Assembly: GCF_004010195.1 (NCBI RefSeq)
Contig: NC_057718.1
Span: 49,501,239-49,565,238 of the forward strand
Direction: 5' to 3'
Length of the DNA stretch: 64,000 bases
Origin: Chiloscyllium plagiosum
Taxonomy: Eukaryota
Below, piece by piece: positions 11,560 through 24,320 of this stretch. The position numbers and the translations under genes were made by a program. The notes beneath the pieces were generated by a model. It was not told the origin of the DNA. It ran no database searches and saw only the letters and a program-made list of their open reading frames with translations. Each line of letters opens with the position of its first letter. Positions within the stretch are counted from its first letter, which is position 1.

Positions 11560-14130
11560 AGATATCCTACAGTGCAGGGCCAACCACACAAGGTGAGGCA
11601 TCGCACATTAACTGTGGTGCCAACATCAGGTTGAAATGTGTTAACACTTCTGACCTTTTTAAGGCTTGTTTCACCTCCCAGTAAGCCACATCACATTCCT
11701 GGGTCCATTTCCACAGCCACCCTTTTCCCAGCAACTGATGCTAGGATTTTAGCATCGTTCCAGGTCAGACACAAACTTGCCATTGTACCTTGCCAACAGT
11801 GATCTCATTTGAAACACATTATCTGGTCCTTGGACCTTCATGATAGCCTCCATCTTCTTGGGCACCTTATGTAGTCCCTCGCCATCAATTACATGGCCCA
11901 GGTACTCTATGGAGTCTGTAAAAATCTCAGATTTTTATGTTTTTCCTTTAGGCCATGCTCTTTCAATCGCTTTAGGGCTCCATCTAAGTGTTTCAAAATA
12001 CTTCCCTTCAGAGGATCCAAAAATACATCCCGTTAACATTGGATTCCTGGCAACCCACTTAATACTTGATCCACAATCCTCTGGAACAGAGTTGGCACTG
12101 ACATGATGTCAAAAATAAGTCACTTGTAGTGAGAGAGTTCTCTTTGTGCGACTATTGTCTGAAACTGAGACTTTGTTGTGACCTCCATCTGTTGGTGGGC
12201 CTGTAACAGATCCATTTTTGAAAATTTCTTTCCCTCTGCCAGTGTATCGAAGAGAGTATTGATGCGCACTCAGGGCTAGGTTGACTGTGACCTTAATGTC
12301 ATCACAAATTCTCACCGTGCCATCTGTTTTTAACACTGGATGGATGGGAGTGAGTGGCCCACTCACTGATGGTTATTGGTTCCAATGTTCCCAGATTCAC
12401 CAGCCATTCCAGTTCTGCCTCCACTTTCGGCCGGATGGTGTCTGGCACTGGATACACCTTCAGACTCACAGGAAGAGCTAATGGCTTCAGCTGTAAATTA
12501 ATTTTGTCTCCTTTTCCCCAGGGTCCTTTGAAGACAGCTTTGTACTTATCCACAATCTCTTGAAAACTCATGTTTGGGTTTGCAAGCCTATTAACTACAC
12601 TCCAGTTCAACCCTAACTTTTGTAACCAGGGGTGAACAAATACTGCAAGATGTTCACCTTTTATGAAGTGAAGTAGCATTTTTGTTCTCTGGTCCCTTAG
12701 CTGTACTTTCACCAATGCATAGCCCTTGAGTAGCCCCACTTGTTCTGTGTATGTGTAGTATAATCTTGGCAGGCTACAATGGTAGTGCTAAAAATGTGTG
12801 GCGCTAGAAAAGCACAGCAGTTCAGGCAGTATCCAAGGACCAGGACAGTCAACATTTTGGGCATAAGCCCTTCATCGAGAATGGTAGTGCCCTCAATTCC
12901 TCTCTATAGACTGATTCAGGAATCAGGGACACCACTACACCCTTATTCCCTTCCATTTTTGCTATCTTCCCCTCTTCAACGGAATAACTCAGAAATGATC
13001 AGCTTCAGACCGTACAGACAGTATGCTTAATTGAAAATCTGCTGACTCTGAGCCTTGTGGTTCTCCCACAGACCCGGCTGACTCACGGCCTACCCCCTGG
13101 TAGCTGGCATGTACCTTTGGTCTTGTCCTCAGGGTTGATTCTTTCCAAGTTTGGGTTTGGGTTGTTTCTGGCAATTTCGGGCAATATGACACACTCGCTT
13201 ACACCTCCGCCACTGGGTTTCTCGAGTCGTTGTCACCTTATGGCCACTCTCACCATATTGGTGGCAGACTCCAGTTAGCACCACAACCTGCCGAATTACA
13301 ACTACTAGATGCACCCAGGTGTCATCAGCCAACTGGGGTGTTTTGCTGTTGGCCAACTCTGCCAAGATAGCAATTTTGAAAGCCAACTTGAAATCAGGTT
13401 TCTCCTTATTAGTAGCTTCCATTGGATGACTTCAGCTCAGAGGCCACAAACCAAAGGGTTCCAAAAAGCATCTTGGAGGAGCCCTCCAAATTCACGGTGT
13501 TCTATTAACCTCTTTAAGGCAGCCCTGAATTGGGCTATGAACTCTTCTCCTTTCTGTACCCATTTGTAAAAACGGAAACATTCTGAAATCATCAGCAGTT
13601 TGTGTATAGAATGTCTTCTCCGCAGATTTCTCTGGTTGCATCAGATTCCTTTGAATTACAAAAGTCTGAAGAAAACTGGTACCAATATTGTCCTCAGCTA
13701 CTTTGTTCACCTTTAAGGATGAAGTGCTCCTTGTACAAAATCCAGTTTCCTGACTCTTCATCAAGTGATTCTAAATTGTCCCATCATTTTGTTTTCTTGT
13801 CATTTGAATCTAGTAGCTGTTTCCAGCCTTTGATGAATGCTCTCGGCGTTGGCCATTCCCTTCATTAGCTGTGCTAACATACTGCACCCCCCGGCACTGC
13901 CTACAGCCCGAATCCCATTGCAACAGCTCTCAACAATGACTCTGCTTTCAGCTCACTCTCCGGTGAGTACTTTCTTTTCTGACATCGACTGCAGACCGAT
14001 TCCCCTCAATTTTGCTTCCCTTGACATTACCTCCTTAATCCTACACCATTTCTGAGGTCCAGGTGGTGTCTGCTCCCAAAAATTACTGGCGTTTGCACAC
14101 AGTTCTTGGGCCAGATCCCACTCTTGTCAT
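11560..14130 (-). mobile_element. Ty3/Gypsy LTR retrotransposon internal remnant (gag-protease-RT-RNase H), frameshifted
   Basis: Minus-strand fragments: gag zinc knuckle RRCKRVCHIARNC; protease/linker GYALVKVQL...WLQKLGLNW; RT start VPDTIRPKVEAELEWLVNLGTLEPITISEWAT, LKTDGTVRICDDIKVTVN; RNase H CDASP near 11600. Many stops and frameshifts. Confidence 0.85.
12789..12879 (-). mobile_element. Monomeric PLE family-1 mini-insertion nested in the Gypsy remnant
   Basis: aaaagcacagcagttcaggcagtatcc...gggcataagcccttcatc with a perfect 11-bp TSD aatggtagtgc (12778-12788, 12880-12890). Decayed hammerhead at its right end. Confidence 0.8.
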
Positions 14131-14149
14131 ATAAGGACAGAAGATATCT

Positions 14150-14320
14150 TTCACTAAAAGTGAACCAGATGACTTTTCATGACAGTCTAATTGTTTCATG
14201 GTCACCTAGCATTAGCTAGCTTTTATTCCAGATTTATTCGAATAACTGAATATAAATTCCCCAGCTGCTTTGAGATTTCAACTTGTATCACTGGGTTGTT
14301 AATCCAGATCTCTGAGTTAT
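14150..14320 (-). mobile_element. tRNA-derived SINE fragment (same family as 9685-10025)
   Basis: gtgaaccagatg...gtttcatggtcacc...ttccagatttatt shared with the other copies. Confidence 0.5.
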
Positions 14321-14428
14321 CGCTATACTGACATCCAACAGCCAAGAAGCTAATAAGAATCAAAGAATATTAGAATAGCTACAGCACAGAATGAGGCTGT
14401 AACATTTCGAACAAAAGCTAGTAAAGTG

Positions 14429-14528
14429 CAACAAAAAAACACAAGGTGCTGGAAAAGCTCAGCAGGAGGCAGCATCTGTGAAGAGAAATCAGGGTTAAAG
14501 TTTCGGATGCGGTGACCCTTCCTTAGAA
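14429..14528 (-). mobile_element. Short hammerhead-bearing PLE-like element (family 3)
   Basis: Reverse complement agttctaaggaagggtcaccgcatccgaaactttaaccctgatttctcttcacagatgctgcc. Perfect 11-bp TSD ctagtaaagtg (14418-14428, 14529-14539). Confidence 0.75.
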
Positions 14529-15311
14529 CTAGTAAAGTGAAAAGTGGGTGAAAAATAATAGTAAATATAAAAAAAAGGATACAAAGTGGTAGGTAATGAA
14601 AAATTTGTTTAAATTAGGAGCCTAATGATATTTATTTGAACAAGCTCGAATGATTTATTAGTCAGATGGAGGTGGGGAGAGCAATCAAGATTAGCACAGC
14701 TCTTTCTGTGCACTAATGCAGCTTCATATTCATTACCTGATAACTCACATTAAAGATGAATCAAAGATACAGCAATGAAATAAGGGATTTGAACCCAAGA
14801 GAACTCATTAATCTTTGGATGTTCTTATTGAAAGAAATGAATAAAACATTTCTGTCAGATCTAAAAATACCTGATCAAATATTACTGTGAACAGTAACTG
14901 AAGAAATCAAGAATATTCCAGCCGAAGAGGAAATATATTGATCCTCTCCAATATCCGCCCATATTACATATAATATACGGACACATACACTCCCAATACA
15001 TATTGTGCACATGGTACACAGTCACCTTAAAATTTATACATAGATATTACACAAATATGCACATAAGTACCCAAAAGGATCTACAGATATTATAGATGCT
15101 CACACGGTAAATTGAACGGTGACATGAATGCATGCCATATGCTGTACAGAATAGGAAAGTTTGAGATAATTCACTTTAGGTCTAAAAAAGACAATTTGGA
15201 ATATATTCTTCATAGTGAGAGTTTGGCAACTGTGGACGAACAGAGCAATCCTGTTTTCCATGAACACAAATCACTCAAAGATCATGTACTCCTTTATCTT
15301 TGATCTGTATC

Positions 15312-15780
15312 AAGAGTGCGGTGCTGGAAAGGCACAGCAGGTCAGACAGCATTGGAGGAGCAGGAGAATCAATGTTTCTAGCGTTACCCCTTCATCAGGA
15401 ATGAGGTTTGTGGGCTGGGGGGCTGAGAGATAAATGGGAGGGGGAGGGACTGAGAAGGTAGGTAGCTGAGAAGGAGGGAAGGTAGCTGAGAATGCAATAG
15501 GTAGATGAAGGCGATAGGTCGCAGAGGAAGGTGGAGCCGGTGGATGGGAAAGACAATGGACCGGTCAAGAGGGCAGTGCCAAGTTGGAAGCAGGCACTAA
15601 GGAAGGAGATGTGGCTGAGGTAATGAGTCTGCTTCAGGATGTGGCTGAAGAGCTTCAGGGCAGAGGAGATAACCTGGGGGTGCAGTAAGATAGATTCACT
15701 GAGATTCTTGTAGAGAGAGGAGGAAAACTTCTTCAAGGTAAACATCCTTAGAAGAGGCTTTGCAGTAAGGTTATAACCAA
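15312..15780 (-). mobile_element. Internally deleted PLE family-1 copy (ORF 5' end joined to 3' pLTR)
   Basis: Minus-strand ORF LKLFSHILKQTHYLSHISFLSAC resembles a PLE N-terminal H..FL..C motif. It is followed by a pyrimidine-rich UTR and a decayed hammerhead at about 15365-15402. Confidence 0.7.
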
Positions 15781-18700
15781 CTACAAGAAAGTGTAGACTA
15801 CAGATGCTGGAGATCAGATATAATCAACTAAAGGAAAGTGTATCCCTGACTTACAACACGATCAGAAATGGGGTTGTGCAATTTTAAGTTAAGTTCTGAT
15901 ATGCCTGAAGTATTAGCTTTACTTCCATCTCTCCATAGATTCTTCCTGACCATCTTAGTGTTTTCATCATTTCTGTATTTATTTCAGATTTCCAGAATCT
16001 GCAGCATTTCGCTTTTTTGTTGTATGTTCTATAAATTAAAATGCAGGCGCTTTCTGAAGCATTTTGAAATGTCAAGTTCTTAGCTATGAAGATTAGATCA
16101 CAAATTGCATCAAAGAAATGTATAACTGCTTCAATGCATGCAATCATTCCTTAAAGATTTACTATTGCCTTTTAATGAACTGACCCAGCTTATCACATCA
16201 ATTCAACTTCCTTTGCTTGGATTTAGAACAAAAAAGTCAACTCTCTTTGTACATCAACAATTTCTAATCTCTCAAAGTAATAAATTCATTTGTGAAAGGG
16301 ATGACCAAGAAACTGACATAATTGTAAACAATAAACTATGAGAACAGACTCAAAAGACCAAAAAATAATTGTAAATGTTCGTGCAAGTTAAAATGGCCCT
16401 ATTAAAGGCAGACCAAATTAAATTACAATTGGACGTAAAGAATAGATAGATACTAAACAAATATTTTGCATAACTTTGCATATTTGTGGTTGGAGAATAT
16501 TCCAGAACTGATAGTGAGAAAGAAGAATATAAATAAATTAGTAAAATTTAGAACAAAAAGAAAGCAAATAATTAATGGGACAAAGTGGCGACAATCTACT
16601 CTATCTGATGATTTGCATATTAGGTTGCCTGTTGGCTAGGTTTTAAGAAACAGAAGCTGTAATATATCTTATTCTACAACATTCCCCAGGGATCAGAAGA
16701 TAACAAACACAACCCCCCATTATTTACAAAAGGCAGAACAGAGAAAGTGGAAAATTAAAGATTAGTTAGCCTAACATCAATAGCTTTTTGAGGAAAAGCT
16801 TTTACTTAAATTCTGGTAAGGATTTAGAATACATCCTTCCCTCATGTTGAGGTGGATGCAGATTTGAATCAGGGTTCAAAAGGAAATAGGACATATTCTT
16901 GAAAAAAGCAAAGGAATGAATTGGTGACGAATGGATGTTAGAGGTGGGAATGACTGAATTTCTCTTTGAAAGAACTGTCCAGAGTAAGGGGTTGAATGCT
17001 CTCATTCTGCGCTACTCCACATTGTTAGACCAAAAACGCACAGCAAAGGCACCAAGGCTAAAATGGATTGACTGGGGAAATAAAGGCTCAAAAACATGAA
17101 TCACCAGGGCCAATAATTTCTCTCCTTAACTTATATGTAAATATGGATTCAATTAAATGGGGGATTTTCAAGCTGATTACAATAAGTGGGACACCTCAGG
17201 GACAGTACTTGGGCCTCAACTAAATCTATATCAATGACTTGTATGAATGAACTGAGCATAATACATCCAAAGTTCCAGCTGATACATTGTCAGCAAGAAA
17301 AACAAATAGTGAGGAGAACACAAAGAGGCTGCGGTGATAGATCAATAGGTTGGGTAAATTTTAAAGACATAACAGATGGAATGCATGACTGAATTTTACA
17401 CTAGGGTGGAATTCCTGACCCTGCAGCTTAATAATTGACAAAATCCAGGCTGGCCACTTATCTGTCCACCAGTCTGTCAGGTTTCACTCATCGAGTTGGA
17501 CTCATAGTGCTGCTGTGTCCTTCCACTGGTGAAATTGCAGTGGGGAACAGTGGGACACAGAGACAATAGCCACAACACAATTATCATAGCTCTGAAACTT
17601 ATTGCACTCTACCTACTATTCCCAGGTAAAAATATAAAATTAACCACTCTGATGGGAAAAGTTAAAAAAGTAAATTATTTTCTAAATGGTAACAGACATT
17701 TCAGAGATATATTGACTGTTGGCTGCAAAGACCTGCAACCCAAGTCTACAACAAAAACAAGGCCATCAGTTTCAAATACCTTTGCCACCGGATCCTTGCA
17801 GGCAACATTTCATGAACAATGCCAAACTACTCAGGTATATCAAAAAAAAGGTTACTGCTGTTCCATTTAAAAGGATTGAATAAATAACATTTTCAATTGG
17901 AAGCTAGCAAATAAAAGGACAGATATCCAATTCTATACACTGCCAAGGTTCTCACAGGTGAAAGGAGTAATTGGTAGAATGTGTGGAATACTCAAAACCT
18001 CATTTATCATCTCCTTCAATCCTCTGACCAGAAAAGGTTTTTAATCCATTACTGTGTCACTGGTATGTTAGAATGGTTGTCTTACCCTGAATGTGAATGC
18101 CTGTTACACAAATGGCTATCATGATGCTTTCAACTCTTGACAGCCCACTATGCCATCCTTTATGCATCAAAATGGTTGACTGATTGTCAAGCCTATTCCC
18201 TGCAGGCAAAGTTTATTTTACTACACATTGTTCTCTTGCAGTCAGGAAAAATAATACACTGAGACCCAAGCCAGTATTATGAAAAAGGAAATGCTTACAT
18301 TGACTTACATCTTTTGTGACATGCGCACACAAATGTAGTAGTACCTTTAAAGGAATACAGGAAATACTGGATAAAACTTGTGGTGCCCTGTAATACAGCA
18401 GAGGAAACAAACATGCAGAATTATTGTCATCACCAGTGTACCGCATAAAACTACAAAGGAGAGATTTGCTACTTTCAGAAGCTGAACATGGGGATGGGAA
18501 AATCCTTCCTGTCCACAGAATAATTACACAGGGGCAGATAATGTTGAACAGGAGAGAAAAAAACCCAAAAAGAAACACAATGAATAAAGTTGACTTTTAA
18601 GGTATGATCATTTCATACCTACCTTCCTTTAATGCCTTACAAAGCCGCTCACTGTCAAAGATTTTTAATTGTTTTATTCATAAAAAGGAAATTCTGTGCT

Positions 18701-19697
18701 ATGCTGCTGAATGATCTATAATTATTTTATGTCTACTTTAATTATTTGGTAGGACAGAACAGTAACATTGCTAAAAAGAGACTTAAGGTCAAAGTTTTTC
18801 ATCTTGTACACATCAGGACTGAAATGTGAAAAAGGACCAACTTCAGTAAAGAAATAACAACTTATAGAGCACGAGAAGAAGATGCTGATTGATTGGCCTG
18901 AGGCTGGCATGGACAGGGAGCAGGAAATGGTCAGTGTCAGTCTTTGTTAACTGATTAAATTCAGCGGAGAATTGCCATGGGAAACATTGGGGATTGGCTG
19001 CTTACACAAGCCTTTTCTCAGAGAAAAATGTGCAATGTGTAGAAGTATTTATTTACTTTCAAAGAACAAGGTCATGTGAGCGCATAACCACAATGTTGAG
19101 CATATGAGCCCAATTGATAATTTTAAACTGGTGTCCAGTATCATTTTTAACACTGAAATGTAATGGTTGAGAGAGCTGCTGTAACCAGTTTCAAGTGAGT
19201 TTTCCACTTGCTCAGTGAAGGATTCCTTTACTCACTGACCATGCAGTCGCTTCCTTTTTTCCTGCCTTCGTCCTTTTGAAAGTGTCGTTACTTTTGCTTA
19301 TTTTTTTCCCCAAAGATCCAAAACAATGTCACAACATAGAAAACAATAGTTGCTCCTCCTGGAATTTGACGAAATCACCTTCAACATCTAAAATATCTCA
19401 AAAGAAGAGTAGCTCTTACAGCCACAATTTTGTCCAGTCCTCTATCTTAGATTATCCAGAATTCTTATCCATTTCTGTTATAAATATACACAATGATTTG
19501 GCCTCCATAGCCTTCTGTGGCAATGAGATCCACAGAACCACTTTCTGGCTAAAAGAATTCCGCCTCATTGCATTTCTAAAGGGTCATTCCTTCATTCTGA
19601 GGCTGTGCTCTTGGGTCCTCGTCTCTCCTACTATTGGAAACATCTTCTCCACGTACATTCTATACAGGTCTTTCAGTATTCTGTAAGTTTCAATGAG

Positions 19698-21125
19698 TAC
19701 CTGGAGGATTGCAAATGTTGTGTCCTTGTTCAAGAAGGGCAGTAGAGATGACCCAGGTAATTATAGACCAGTGAGCCTTACTTCTGTTGTAGGAAAGGTT
19801 TTGGAAAAGATTATAAAAGATGAGAGTTATAATCATCTAGCAAGCAACAACTTGATTTCAGATAGTCAACCTTGGTTTCGTCAAGGGCAGGTCATGTCTC
19901 ACAAACCTCATTGAGTTTTTTGAGAAGGTGACTAAGCATATTGATGAAGGTAAGGCAGTTGATGTGGTATACATGGACTTCAGTAAAGCCTTTGATAAAG
20001 TTCCACATGGTAGGCTGTTGGAGAAAATGCAGAGGCATGGGATTGAGGGTAACTTAGCAGTTTGGATTAGAAACTGGCTTTCTGAAAGAAAGCAGCGAGT
20101 GGTGGTTGATGGAAAATATTCAGCCTGGAGTCCGGTTACTATTGTCGTGGTGCAACGATCTGTTTTGGGACCACTACTGTTTGTTATTTTTATAAATGAC
20201 TTAGACACAGGCATAAGCGGATGGATTAGTAAATTTGCAGATGACACTAAAGTCAGTGGAGTAATGGACAGTTTGGAAGAATGTTATAGATTGCATGGGG
20301 GCTTAGATAAACTGCAGAATTGGGCTGAGAGGTGGCAAATGGAGTTCAATGCAGCTAAATGTTGGGTGCTGCACTTTGGGAAGAATAACAGGAAGGCAGA
20401 GAACTGGGTCAATGGAAAGATTCTTGGTAGTGTGGAAATGCAGAGGGATCTTGGAGTCCATGTACATAGATCCCTGAAAGTTGCCATCCAGGTTGATAGT
20501 GCTGTTAAGAAGGCATACAGTGTGTTAGGTTTCATTTGTAAAGGGATTGAGTTCTGGTGCTGCAATACAATGCTGCAACTATACAAAATACTAGTGCGGC
20601 GACACTTGGAATATTGTGTACAGTTCTGGTCACCATATTTCAGAAAGGATGTGGAAGCATTGGAAAAGGTGCAGAGGAGATTTACGAGGATGTTGCCTGG
20701 TCTGGAGGGAAGGTCTTATGAGGAAAGGTTGAGAGACTTGTTTCTGTTCTCATTGGAAAGAAGAAGGCTAAGAGGGAATTTGATAGAGACATACAAGATG
20801 ATCAGAGGATTAGATAGGGTAGACAGTGAAAGTCTTTTTCCTAGGATGATGACGTCGGCTTGTGCAAATTGAGGGGTGATAGATTCAAGACAAATGTCAG
20901 AGGCAGGTTCTTTACTCAGAGAGTGGTAAGGGCATGGAATGTCCTACCTGCCAATGTAGTTAACTCAGCCCCATTAGGGTGATTTAAACAATCCTTGGAT
21001 AAGCACATGGATGATGGGATAGTGTAGGGGAACGCGCCGAGAATAGTTCATGGGTTGGTGCAACATCGAGGGCTGAAGGGCCTGTTCTGCCCTGTATTGT
21101 TCGATGTTCTATGCTTTATGTTCTA
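19698..21125 (+). mobile_element. CR1 LINE, 5'-truncated, RT domain to 3' tail
   Basis: WRIANVVSLFKKG...NYRPVSLTSVVGKVLE; ORF 19928-20872 with VDVVYMDFSKAFDKVPH, SVLGPLLFVIFINDL, KFADDTK and LEYCVQFWSP; (ttctatg)n tail. Confidence 0.95.
19928..20872 (+). pseudogene. CR1 ORF2 reverse transcriptase fragment (314 aa open stretch)
   Basis: RT motifs present. PQG is mutated to VQR, there is an upstream frameshift, and no endonuclease domain. Confidence 0.9.
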
Positions 21126-21684
21126 CCTCCTCATCCTTCTAAACTCCATCGAGTACAGATCCAAAGTTCTTACCCGTTCCTCAAATGAGGAGCCCTTTAT
21201 TTCTGGGATCATGTTAGTAAACTTCCTTTGCATCGCTTCCCAGGCTAACATATCTTCCTTAGACATGGGGCCCAAAACAGTTTAACAATATTCCCAATGT
21301 AGTCTGACCAGAGCCTTATACAGCCTCAGCAGTACATTTGTGTTCTTATATACTGGTTTTCTTGAAATGAATTCTATTGTTGCATTTGCTTTCCTCATTG
21401 CTAACTGAACAAGCAAGTTAATCTTAAGGGAGTTCCGAATTATAGTTCCCAAGCCCCTTTGTGCTTCAGATTTCTGAAGCCATCCCATATTTAGAAAATA
21501 GTCTATGCCTCTATTCTTCCTATCAAAATGTATAACCTCACAATTTCCCACATTATATGCCATCTGCCACTTCTTTGCTAAGTTCTTCTGTAACCTCCCT
21601 GCTTCCTCAGCACTATCTGTCTACCTTTATGTCATCTGCATAATTAGCAACAATGCCCTCTGTTTCTTCTCAGTCATTGCATAG

Positions 21685-22785
21685 ATTGTAAGAACAGGGA
21701 GATGATGTTGGAACTGTACAAAATTTTGGTCCAGCTATGGTTAGAGTACTGTGTAGAACTCTGGTTGCCACACCATAGTGTTATGGAGTTGTGGGTGTAC
21801 TGTATGTTTAAGTGAGATAAAAGCTAACAGTGATAGCACCAAGTGTTCTCATTAAGAAACAATGTAACTTTGGGGTAGCTGGTTGCTTGGGAATGACAGA
21901 TTCGAATTAGACCAATCAGTTTAAATTATTCCCCAGAAAATACCAAACTCTATTCCAGTTTAATTGAATATATTGACAATCTTAAAGCCAATGACACAAT
22001 CTGATGTGTTGGGGGGGTATCAGATCAGGGAAAATTGAACAGTTGAGAGGAGAACTGCCAAGCCACCAGCATGTAAAAAGGCTGCCTGAAAAATAGCTCT
22101 CTTAAAAGTACATTTATCGATCAGTAATCTGTGAAGCAGAACTCCCCAAGAAGAAGAAAAGAAGACCGAAATATAGAGGGGAACCTAATGCTGCCTGGTT
22201 TTGAGATAGGAGGTTTTGTTTTGTAAATCATAATTGGGAGTTTTATCAGACTAGTATTAAAGAAGGGAAAGTTAAAGATAGGTTAGAGTAAGGTCCTGTA
22301 AATAGTTGTTAGTTAATTATTCTCTGTTATACTTCAATAAATAAAGTTGTTAATTTTTACTTTATATAGTTCTTAGCTTCTTGAATTTTCACAGATTACT
22401 GCACAGGATAAATCTTTTCAGTGTTGCTGGTTTACATTAACAGGAGACTTTACCCATATTGTAACAGTAGGAAGACCGAGAGGGAACCTGCATGAGGTGT
22501 ACAAGAGTATATGGAGATGGGATAAAGTCAATTGGAATTTGCCATTCCCCTTTATTGAAGGGTGAATAACAAGGGGACTTAATTTTAGACAAAAGTTTAG
22601 AGGGGATTTGAGGAAGGGAAATTCTCCCAGAGGGAGTTGGGAATCTGGAATGATTCATTTAGGAGGATAGTAGAGGGAAGAAACAACACAATCTTTTAAA
22701 GAGCATGTGGATGAGCCCTTGAAAGCAGGATTAGTAAAGATAGGGTGGTGCAGACTCAATGGGTGAAAGGACCTGCTTTGTGTTG
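21685..22785 (+). mobile_element. Decayed CR1 3' fragment split by a solo LTR
   Basis: LELYKILVQLWLEYCVELWLPH before 21779; CR1-like 3' sequence resumes at 22467. Confidence 0.65.
21779..22466 (+). mobile_element. Solo LTR (Gypsy-type)
   Basis: TGTTA...TAACA inverted termini, AATAAA near 22340, near-TSD atag/gtag; cleanly interrupts a CR1. Confidence 0.75.
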
Positions 22786-23440
22786 TGTTACAGGCCAGAG
22801 CAGACTCCTGCACCTTCCCATACCAAAATATTGTAAGGAGATAGCCTAGAACCTAACTTTTCTATTTATTTAAAGGCAAATATGAGGCTCTTTGTTCCAG
22901 ATGAGACTCGAATTGTTCATCACTAGGCTTTAATCAAAACACATTTTATTCTCACAGCACAGTTAAAATACAAAAAATGTTTGGCATTTTGTCAACTCTA
23001 TTGACATACTTAACAAGGTAAAATATTATTTAACCACTAATCAACAACTGTTCCAATATTGGCAGCATCCCATAAACACACCCTTGGCAAGGCAACTTAG
23101 CTAAACTGCGTTAGGATTCTCATGTGCTGTTTGTCTCCAGTCCAGAAGAAAGAGGAAGCCTCTCAACTAGATCTTCATTCTAGCAGCTTGAGTCTTTAGC
23201 TCAGCAGCCATGAGAAATCTTCAACTGAAAGCAAAACTAAAACCTTTCCTCTGTGTTATCCTGACCCCGCCCACTCATGCATCATTTGTCTTATTTAAAA
23301 AAAAGACACACAGGGATAATTCCAAGCTATTCACTAATTGCCTCTGTGGAGCAGACAGTCCAGCACCACTCTGACAACACCTCTCTGAAAGTGAAATACA
23401 GCACAGAACACATCTGTCTTAAAGGCACACGGCCATCACA
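22786..23440 (-). mobile_element. Solo LTR
   Basis: TG...CA ends. The reverse complement carries aaagttaggttctaggctatctcctt near the 3' end, shared with the LTRs at 28340 and 45263. Confidence 0.65.
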
Positions 23441-23658
23441 GGGAGCGTTCTGATATAATGCAATAGTTCCGTTCCTGTGCGATCCTGCATTATAAGAAAA
23501 TTGCGTATTGCAGCACCATTTAAACCAATGAGACCAGAATCGCGTTATAGCCAATACAGGTAAGGAAATTTTGTGTTCGACAAATAATGGTCTAAAATCT
23601 TCAAGGGCTTTATAGCCAATTTGTGTTGAAGAAACACATGTTCTAGCAGTACCAACTG
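23441..23658. mobile_element. Tc1/mariner-pogo (Tigger-like) MITE, decayed
   Basis: Imperfect terminal inverted repeats (gttctgatataatgc ... catgttctagcagtaccaactg) ending in CTG-TA. Confidence 0.45.
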
Positions 23659-23720
23659 TACACTACTCTATGACTCTAAGACCCACATACTGAGTACCTA
23701 ATATAGTGGTCAGATTGCTC

Positions 23721-24002
23721 AATTAGATTTTCTACAGTGTGGAAACAGGCCCTTTGGCCCAACAAGTCCACACCGACCCTCCAAAGAGTATTCTCCTACA
23801 TTCACCCCTGACTAATGCACCTAACACTAAAGGCAATTTAGCATGGCCAATTCACCTAACCTGCACATCTTTGGAAAGAAACCCACACAGACACGGGGAG
23901 AATGTGCAAACTCCACACAGACAGTGACCCGAGGCAGGAATTGAACCAAGGTCCCTGGCACTGTGAGGCAGCAGTGCTAACCACTGAGCCACCGTGTTGC
24001 CC
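23721..24002 (-). mobile_element. HE1/V-SINE-like SINE, near full length
   Basis: Reverse complement gggcaacacggtggctcagtggttagcactgctgcctcacagtgccagggaccttggttcaattcc (A and B boxes), core, and CR1-derived tail. Confidence 0.9.
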
Positions 24003-24221
24003 TAATAGGTTTGTGTAGATGAAATTCAGTATACATTTGATGGCAGGACTGTTTAATGGGGAGAAATAAAACTGATAGCAAGTTAAATTGTGCAGAAAGG
24101 AAGTATAGACAGGTGAAGACTTTTAATAAGACACAGCTAAGTCATTTTGACTCTGGAGTATGTTTTGTCATCTAGTCATCAAAGTGAATTTCCTTCAGAG
24201 GACACAGAAAGAAACAACAAT

Positions 24222-24320
24222 TAAAAACAGAAGTTGCTGGAACAGCTTAGCTGGTTTGGCAATATCTGTAGAGAGAAGTCAGAGTTAATGTTTTGAGTCA
24301 AGTGATCCTTTCTCAGAACT
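24222..24320 (-). mobile_element. Family-3 hammerhead-bearing short element, decayed
   Basis: Reverse complement agttctgagaaaggatcacttgactcaaaacattaactct..., homologous to the 14429 and 44215 copies. Confidence 0.6.

Larger units (their letters stand above)
19490..21660 (-). mobile_element. Older CR1 LINE fragment, interrupted by a younger CR1 at 19698-21125
   Basis: Minus ORF 21282-21563 YNVGNCEVIHFDRKN...LLRLYKALVRLHWEYC. The flanks join as gtaagtttcaatgag|cctcctcatccttctaaactcc. Confidence 0.75.

Noticed and set aside
19928..20872. Longest ORF (314 aa) as a host gene
   Set aside because: It is CR1 ORF2 reverse transcriptase, 5'-truncated, frameshifted upstream and followed by a CR1 tail.
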